Part shown: one piece after another, positions 58,121 through 64,000 of the stretch
Position numbering within the stretch: the stretch's first letter is position 1
Layout of the letters: each line of letters begins with the position of its first letter
Origin: Pseudomonadota bacterium
GTDB lineage: Bacteria > Bdellovibrionota_F > JAHFAK01 > JBDREC01
Assembly: GCA_043820105.1 (NCBI GenBank)
Contig: JBDREC010000099.1
Span: 1 to 64,000, forward strand
Reading direction: 5' to 3'
Length of the DNA stretch: 64,000 bases
The notes under the pieces: generated by a model
Told to the model about the DNA's origin: nothing
Databases searched by the model: none
Seen by the model: only the letters and a program-made list of their open reading frames with translations
Translations under genes and position numbers: made by a program

Positions 58121-59449
58121 TTGCGGCATATAATTATCATTTCTTTGCTATTTTTAATTTACTCAAGTTTTGCTCTATCTAAGCAACATACTATAGATGC
58201 TTTTATTTATACCACTACTTCTTATTACGATAATTATGATTTTTCATCAGTTGCTAGAACCAATGAATTTGTTCAATCTTTAGCTTTGAATTTTAAGAGC
58301 GATTTTTCCTTTAAAAAAAGGCATGTTTCTTTTTTGCTTACACCTACCTACAATTATTATTTTAAGGACAATTCTTATGATCCATCTTTAGGAGATACAA
58401 GTAGCCTTAATGGTTGGAAAAGACTTGGAAATATGGGAATAAATGGTTCTTTTCTTTACGATGAAAGTTTTTTTAAAAAAAGAATGATTTTTAATCTAAC
58501 AAACCGAGTTTCTTATGTGCCAAAGACAAAATATTTATCAAGTGAGGCACCTGGTGTTTTGCAAAATGAATTAGAAAATGAACCATTGGACCTTTTGTCC
58601 TTTAATGTCTCCCCCCAAATTGATTATTTAGTTAATAAGAAGCAAACAATTAAAGCTAATTGTAGTTATGCATACTCTCGGACATTGTTTATGAATTGGA
58701 GGAATTCTTTAATATCTTCCATTCCATCTCCTGATATTCATAACGCAAACGTTGGGCTAAATTTTACATTTTTTAATGAAAAATTTAGTATTGGACCAAA
58801 AGCATTCTTATCTTATTCAATAAATAATTATTATGAAGATGAACACTTAGAAAGCGATGTAAAGGGTACAAGAGCTTATAGTATAGCACTAAATTCATCC
58901 TATTTGTTTGGACAAAGTACAACTTTGAGTATGGCTCTAGGTACTGGCTTTGGGAATTCATATTTTTTTATTGATTCTGGTGAATGGAATAATTTTATTT
59001 CGTCCTCAGCTTCAATTAATTCCATGTTTTATAAAAAGGTCTTTAATTATAATGTAGGATATTCAAGAAATAGTTCCCAAATTTTAGGATTAGATGGTTT
59101 ATATCTTACGCAAGGAATTAGTGGAACCTTGAGACTAAACCAGGAAAGACTGCCTTTTATTGCTAAATATTTTTTTATGATACCAAAACTTTTTGCTTCT
59201 TACCAATTATCATCAGCTGGAGATGACAATGAGATTAAAGCTGCAACTTTTACAACTTCTAATGCAATTCCAATATTTGGGACTTTAGGTTTGATGCTTA
59301 ATTACTCATATTTAAGGCAATTCGCATCAACGGTTTCAGATGTTTTGCTGGATCCTGTTGACTCTCATACAGTTTATGTTGGATTATTTTATTTTTTTAA
59401 TATATACGGTGGAAAAAAAGCTACTGGATTATCGAGGTTACCATTTTAG
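58121..59449 (+). CDS. Putative outer-membrane beta-barrel protein
   Basis: Signal peptide, alternating aromatic beta strands, terminal Phe. Confidence 0.6.
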   Translation: MRHIIIISLLFLIYSSFALSKQHTIDAFIYTTTSYYDNYDFSSVARTNEFVQSLALNFKSDFSFKKRHVSFLLTPTYNYYFKDNSYDPSLGDTSSLNGWKRLGNMGINGSFLYDESFFKKRMIFNLTNRVSYVPKTKYLSSEAPGVLQNELENEPLDLLSFNVSPQIDYLVNKKQTIKANCSYAYSRTLFMNWRNSLISSIPSPDIHNANVGLNFTFFNEKFSIGPKAFLSYSINNYYEDEHLESDVKGTRAYSIALNSSYLFGQSTTLSMALGTGFGNSYFFIDSGEWNNFISSSASINSMFYKKVFNYNVGYSRNSSQILGLDGLYLTQGISGTLRLNQERLPFIAKYFFMIPKLFASYQLSSAGDDNEIKAATFTTSNAIPIFGTLGLMLNYSYLRQFASTVSDVLLDPVDSHTVYVGLFYFFNIYGGKKATGLSRLPF

Positions 59450-59452
59450 TTT

Positions 59453-60073
59453 ATGATGAAAAAAGTATTAATAATATTTGTTATTTTTGTTTTTAATCTT
59501 TTTGGAAAAATAGAAAACAAGGGTTTATTGAAGATTAATGATAAAATTATAACTACTTATGATTTGAACATAAGTTATGTTCTTGATAAAATGTCTAAGG
59601 GAAATATACCTGCTTTATCTGAGCTAGATAAAGTAGATATGTTTAAGCAGCTTAAGCTTAATTTGGATTATTATTTGGTTTTTGAAGAATTAGAAAAACT
59701 TAAAATTACACAACCTGAGATAGCAGAAGAATGTACTCAAGCCTGGAATAAACTTGTTTTAGCTTTTGATTCAATTGAAAAACTTAGGTTCGGTTTGCTT
59801 AATTTGAACATAGATACTGTTGATCTTAAAAAAGCTTTTTTTAATACTGCTGCTGTTAATAGGTATCTTGAAAAAAGAATTCAAAGCCATGTTTCAGTTT
59901 CTGATGATGAAATTTTGTATTTCATTGAAAAAAGTAAAATTAAAGCTAAAGATATAACAAATGATGATAGAAAAAAAATAATCAAAGAGATAAAAAAACA
60001 AAAGAGTATGCAAAGATATAAGGAATATATTTCTTATTTAAATCGAAAAGCAAAGATAACTATTCTAAGATAA
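59453..60073 (+). CDS. SurA N-terminal-like periplasmic chaperone
   Basis: INDKIIT.YDL, VSVSDDEI..F, C-terminal L.RKAKI.I. Confidence 0.6.
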   Translation: MMKKVLIIFVIFVFNLFGKIENKGLLKINDKIITTYDLNISYVLDKMSKGNIPALSELDKVDMFKQLKLNLDYYLVFEELEKLKITQPEIAEECTQAWNKLVLAFDSIEKLRFGLLNLNIDTVDLKKAFFNTAAVNRYLEKRIQSHVSVSDDEILYFIEKSKIKAKDITNDDRKKIIKEIKKQKSMQRYKEYISYLNRKAKITILR

Positions 60074-60525
60074 TGTTAAAATCAAAACTAAATAAAAAAA
60101 TAAGGCTCGCGAATATTAAATTTCTTGAAAAGATATATGAAATAGAAAAACTTTCTTTTTCTGATCCTTGGTTTTTAAATATTTTTAAGGCTATTTTCCA
60201 AAGCGAAAAAGAAATTGTTTATATTTTAGAAATAGCTGGTGAAGTAGCTGGTTTTATTGTTCTTTCATTTATACTAGATGAAGCTGAAATATATAATGTC
60301 GCGGTTCACCCGAGTTTTAGAAAAAGAGGATTAGGTCAAGCCCTCGTGGAGCATGCAATTTATCTGGCCAAAAAAAAATCATGCAAAGTTTGTTTTTTAG
60401 AAGTTCGAAAATCAAATAAGGCGGCACTAGATCTTTATATAAAACAAGGATTTAAGCTAGATACTTGTCGCAAAGCATATTATCCTGATGGAGAGGATGC
60501 TTTGCTAATGTCTAGGGTTTTATGA
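60073..60525 (+). CDS. rimI: Ribosomal protein S18 alanine N-acetyltransferase
   Basis: IE..SF.DPW, EAEIYNVAVHP..R..GLG, FLEVRKSN..A..LY...GF....R..YY...EDALLM. Confidence 0.93.
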   Translation: MLKSKLNKKIRLANIKFLEKIYEIEKLSFSDPWFLNIFKAIFQSEKEIVYILEIAGEVAGFIVLSFILDEAEIYNVAVHPSFRKRGLGQALVEHAIYLAKKKSCKVCFLEVRKSNKAALDLYIKQGFKLDTCRKAYYPDGEDALLMSRVL

Positions 60526-60577
60526 TAGTTGGTAAGTTCATGTCAGTAATAAATATGTTAAAAATATTCTCCCCTTC

Positions 60578-60618
60578 ATTGAAAATTGAAAATTGATTGT
60601 TGATTATTGATTATTATT
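60578..60618. repeat. Heptamer array (ATTGAWW)n
   Basis: attgaaa attgaaa attgatt gttgatt attgatt att. Confidence 0.7.
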
Positions 60619-60633
60619 TACCCACAAAATCAC

Positions 60634-61740
60634 CTAATTATCAATATTCACTAAGTTATATTTCATAGACCCAAGTCCAATTTTTTCAGCGTATTCCAAT
60701 TGTTTTATCCAATTTGAATAAGGATAGATAGCTGAAATTTTATCTTCATTTTCATTGAAAGCTGATCTGAGTCTACTTGATTCCAGACCTTTTTGGGCAT
60801 TTACTAAATTACAACTTGCCATATCAATTGCAACAGGGTCATTAGACGCTAGGATTCCGATGTTTGAAACTATTGGGTTATCTGACCAATGCATGCAATC
60901 ACAGTCAGGTGTAATATCAATGAGAAAATTATAAAAAACCTTTTTATTTTTTTTCTTATTTAAAACAGCATAAGCTGTTTCAGCTATTTTTTCACCAACA
61001 ACTTCAGGGTTTTCGTTCCATTGTATTTCAAGAGCGTGTTCAGGGCAGTGTGCAATACACTCCGCGCAACCAACACATTTAGTAAAATCAAACTCTGGCA
61101 ACTTGTTTTTCAATTTTACTGCGTTTTCAGGACAAGAATTTGTGCAAATGCCACAAGCTATACAAGCATCTTCATTAAAAAGTTTAGGTTGAACACTTGC
61201 ATGCATCCTTTGTTTGCTTGCTCTTGATCCAAGACCCATGCCGACATTTTTAATTGCTCCTCCAAAGCCTGTTACCATGTGTAGTTTAAAATGAGATATT
61301 ACTGCCAGGCTTGAAGAATGTTGAACAGCGCTTGCTACATTAATTTCTTTAAAATGATTAAGATTAATTTCTTCTTTTACAATATCTTTTGATTCTATGC
61401 CATCTGCAATTATAATCGGTGCATTTACTGTGCTAAAAGAAAATCCATTCCTGATCGCGGATTCGATAAAATCAATTGGGTTGTCTCTTTGCCCTGTATA
61501 TAGTGTAGATGTGTCAGTTAGATATGGTTTTGAATTTTTGCTTTTTATTTTATCAACCAAAGTTCGGGCAAACATAGGCCTTATAAAAGATGTTCCACCT
61601 GGATGACCCATATGTAACTTGATTGCTACAATATCTCCAGGCTTGTAATCAATACTACACTTATCTATTAATGAGGCAAATTTTCTTAATAAACTTTTGT
61701 TTCCATGGCTTCTAGAGCTCGTAAAGTAAACATCTGACAT
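60634..61740 (-). CDS. DUF362 protein with 2x[4Fe-4S] ferredoxin domain
   Basis: VAIKLHMG, SHFKLH, GGAIKNVGMG, CIACGICTNSCP, CVGCAECIAHCP, PDCDC, DPVAID. Confidence 0.9.
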   Translation of the reverse strand: MSDVYFTSSRSHGNKSLLRKFASLIDKCSIDYKPGDIVAIKLHMGHPGGTSFIRPMFARTLVDKIKSKNSKPYLTDTSTLYTGQRDNPIDFIESAIRNGFSFSTVNAPIIIADGIESKDIVKEEINLNHFKEINVASAVQHSSSLAVISHFKLHMVTGFGGAIKNVGMGLGSRASKQRMHASVQPKLFNEDACIACGICTNSCPENAVKLKNKLPEFDFTKCVGCAECIAHCPEHALEIQWNENPEVVGEKIAETAYAVLNKKKNKKVFYNFLIDITPDCDCMHWSDNPIVSNIGILASNDPVAIDMASCNLVNAQKGLESSRLRSAFNENEDKISAIYPYSNWIKQLEYAEKIGLGSMKYNLVNIDN

Positions 61741-61861
61741 TATGGTCTCCTTATTGTTGAAACTAATATTTCAAAAAAACAATATTATTACAATAAAAAA
61801 TTAGCTTTCAATTATTTTTATTTATTTGTAATATATTTCGAATGTAAGGAGGTTTTAAATT

Positions 61862-63160
61862 GTGAAAAAACTTATTGTTTTTTTATTTGTTTTAGTCTGT
61901 TCAATTGTCAGTGCAGATGATTATAATTTTACTAATACTCTCATTGGAGAAAGAGCTTTTGGCTTAGCTGGAGCTTTTACAGCTTTAAGTGATGATTCCT
62001 CTGGGTGCTATTATAATCCAGCTGGAATTGCTTTTGTTGATAGATCGTCGCTCTCTTTATCATCTACTGTTTATTCTTTTCAAACACTAAGGACAGAGAA
62101 TGCCTTTCAACATTTAGAAGCTGGTGTTATTGATGCTGAAAGTTCAGTTATGACTCCTATTCCTTCAACTGTAGCTACTGTAAAGAAAATATATGACTTT
62201 TTAACTGTTGGTATTTGTGCCATTGTTCCTGATTATACTCATATTACAATCGAAACAATGATTACAGTTAATAATGCTTTATATTCTTTAAGAAGGAACC
62301 TAACTGATCAAACACTTTTTGTTGGTCCCACAGCTGCTTATAAGATTTTGGATAACCTATCAGTTGGAATGTCTGTTTTCTATGCAACAAGAACTTATTC
62401 TCTTAGCAATACCCTTACTAATACAGAAGATATTACAGTTACTTCTCCCTTAATAACAATTTCTACCTCTGATACTTATATTGATCATTCTGCCTTTTTA
62501 CTTCTATTTGGCGTTAAATATGATCCAACTCCAGATGTTCACCTGGGACTTTCTATACGAACTCCCTCAATTAAAAAGTCCGGCAAGGGTTCTGTTTTTC
62601 TGACTATTGTTGATGAAAATTCTAATTTTACAGCTGGTACAAATCTTTTATTTCCTGCTAATAATTTAGGTGCTGAAACAAAATATCCCATGAAGATGGC
62701 TGCCGGAGTTGCATATGGAAGAAAAAAAGAATTTATGGTTTCGTTTGATTCAACTCTTTTTGTTGGAAGTAACTATAATTTAACTGAAATAGGATCAGGA
62801 GGGTCAGCGGTTGTTATTGGAGCTGTTGAACAAAAAAATATTGTTAACTTCGCCTTAGGAGGCGAATATTATTTTAAAGAAGAGTTTCCTGTTAGATTAG
62901 GAGCCTACACAAATTTAAGCGCTAATTCCGTTGAACGGGTTGAAGAAGATCTTAATTATGATAAAATAGATTATTTCGGAGGCACACTTGGAGTTGGATA
63001 TGAATCCAAAAATTCATCTCTTAATCTGGGCCTTAGCTACGCACTTGGTAGTGGAAAATCATCAAGAAGCTTTGGAGAGACCGTTGATAATATGACAGTA
63101 AAAGATTTTTCAGGCAGTCAATTAGGGATATTAATTGGTGGTTCTTATTATTTTGATTAG
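61862..63160 (+). CDS. FadL/TodX-family outer membrane transporter
   Basis: GERAFGLAGAFTALSDD...YYNPAG hatch motif; C-terminal YYF. Confidence 0.8.
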   Translation: MKKLIVFLFVLVCSIVSADDYNFTNTLIGERAFGLAGAFTALSDDSSGCYYNPAGIAFVDRSSLSLSSTVYSFQTLRTENAFQHLEAGVIDAESSVMTPIPSTVATVKKIYDFLTVGICAIVPDYTHITIETMITVNNALYSLRRNLTDQTLFVGPTAAYKILDNLSVGMSVFYATRTYSLSNTLTNTEDITVTSPLITISTSDTYIDHSAFLLLFGVKYDPTPDVHLGLSIRTPSIKKSGKGSVFLTIVDENSNFTAGTNLLFPANNLGAETKYPMKMAAGVAYGRKKEFMVSFDSTLFVGSNYNLTEIGSGGSAVVIGAVEQKNIVNFALGGEYYFKEEFPVRLGAYTNLSANSVERVEEDLNYDKIDYFGGTLGVGYESKNSSLNLGLSYALGSGKSSRSFGETVDNMTVKDFSGSQLGILIGGSYYFD

Positions 63161-63177
63161 TTTTAATTTGGCTTTTC

Positions 63178-64000
63178 TTAATTTTTAGTTCGAATCTTTA
63201 TCTTTGCAACAGGTTTATTATCTTTTCTATCTATAATATATTTTTCTGAAACATTTGCCAAAGATGAAGTTAAAAACTCCATGTAGATGTTTTCTTTGCC
63301 AATTCTTTTGCTTTTTTTGTATTCCTCAAGTTGGCTTAAGAATCTTTGGCTTTGGCCTTGGGATTGATTCACTTTTTCGTTTTTATAGGCCATGGCTTCT
63401 TGTATGTCTTTATTTGCTCTACCTTTAGCGCTTGGAATTTCTTCGTTTCTATAAGATTCTGCCTGACTAATTCTTTTGTTTTTATCAATTTTTGAATTTA
63501 TTACATCGTCAAAATATCTTTGCACAACATTTGGTGGTCGTACATTTTTTAATTCAACCAAAGAAATAGATAAGCCTGAGTTAAGATTACTTAACTTGTT
63601 TTGAGCATGCATTTTTATTTGAGTTTCTATTGTGGCTTTGCCAAAAGTTAAAATTTCTTCTACAGATGTTTTTGCCAAGGATTGAATAATTACGTTTTTA
63701 ACTGTTTCATAAAGTACAGGTTCATTGTCTTTTATGTTAAATAAATATTTAGCAGGATCTAATATTTTATATTGAATCACACAATTTAATTCTACAATAT
63801 TATTATCACCTGTGAGAGCATATTGTTTTAATGATGGTTCTGAGGTAGAAAAATTGTCAGTGCTTTGGGATTCGGAATTGTCATAGAAATCCTGAATTAA
63901 GATTCTTCTAACTGCTTTAACCGGAACCTTGGTAATTTCATCAATTGGCCAGGGGAGCTTGTAGTGTATGCCAGGAGATACATTTGAATCTATGATTTTT
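63178..64000 (-). CDS. hflK: FtsH modulator HflK (SPFH family), 5' end outside the window
   Basis: Frame extends beyond the track ORF: SPGIHYKLPWPID...LTGDNNIVEL..VIQYKI.DP..YLF...PP..V...F.DV...A..Y.N..IP.A.G.A. Confidence 0.88.
   Translation of the reverse strand, partial: KIIDSNVSPGIHYKLPWPIDEITKVPVKAVRRILIQDFYDNSESQSTDNFSTSEPSLKQYALTGDNNIVELNCVIQYKILDPAKYLFNIKDNEPVLYETVKNVIIQSLAKTSVEEILTFGKATIETQIKMHAQNKLSNLNSGLSISLVELKNVRPPNVVQRYFDDVINSKIDKNKRISQAESYRNEEIPSAKGRANKDIQEAMAYKNEKVNQSQGQSQRFLSQLEEYKKSKRIGKENIYMEFLTSSLANVSEKYIIDRKDNKPVAKIKIRTKN

Noticed and set aside
1-64000. tRNA/rRNA genes, prophage, integrase, alternative genetic code
   Set aside because: No cloverleaf or rRNA-like GC-rich segments and no phage or integrase motifs seen; conserved genes are full length under the standard bacterial code

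Overview
AT-rich bacterial chromosomal window. The gene content (FHA-GGDEF-sigma54 activator, PilZ-PilT, ChaN-like protein, many secreted orphans) suggests a Bdellovibrionota/Myxococcota-like deltaproteobacterium; this is an inference. Housekeeping genes (nadB, ruvAB, hutU, cysS, rarA, pyrF, rlmN, phoBR, coaD, tolQ, lgt, rimI, hflK) are interleaved with a metal-resistance block (cusCBA, DUF3347, acr3, mntP, ECF sigma, anti-sigma) and with large secreted proteins of unknown function. I saw no rRNA, tRNA, CRISPR array or transposase. The most notable non-obvious signals are: (1) two dispersed copies of a ~240-bp long hairpin element whose stem sequence differs between copies yet stays self-complementary, plus a related ~220-bp hairpin; (2) an identical TGTCACA-N16-CGTA promoter in front of both the ECF sigma gene and cusC, defining a candidate metal-responsive ECF/anti-sigma regulon; (3) a sigma54-driven operon encoding a toxin-like 956-aa chimera ending in a histamine-N-methyltransferase-like domain with its own internal RBS, followed by a membrane sensor and a hybrid histidine kinase; (4) five sigma54 -24/-12 promoters, all in front of secreted orphans; (5) heptamer tandem repeats that start at stop codons and also sit in frame inside a kinase; (6) an unannotated small membrane peptide with its own promoter; (7) a three-copy Cys-containing lipoprotein domain. 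All family assignments come from motif recognition by eye, not from database searches.
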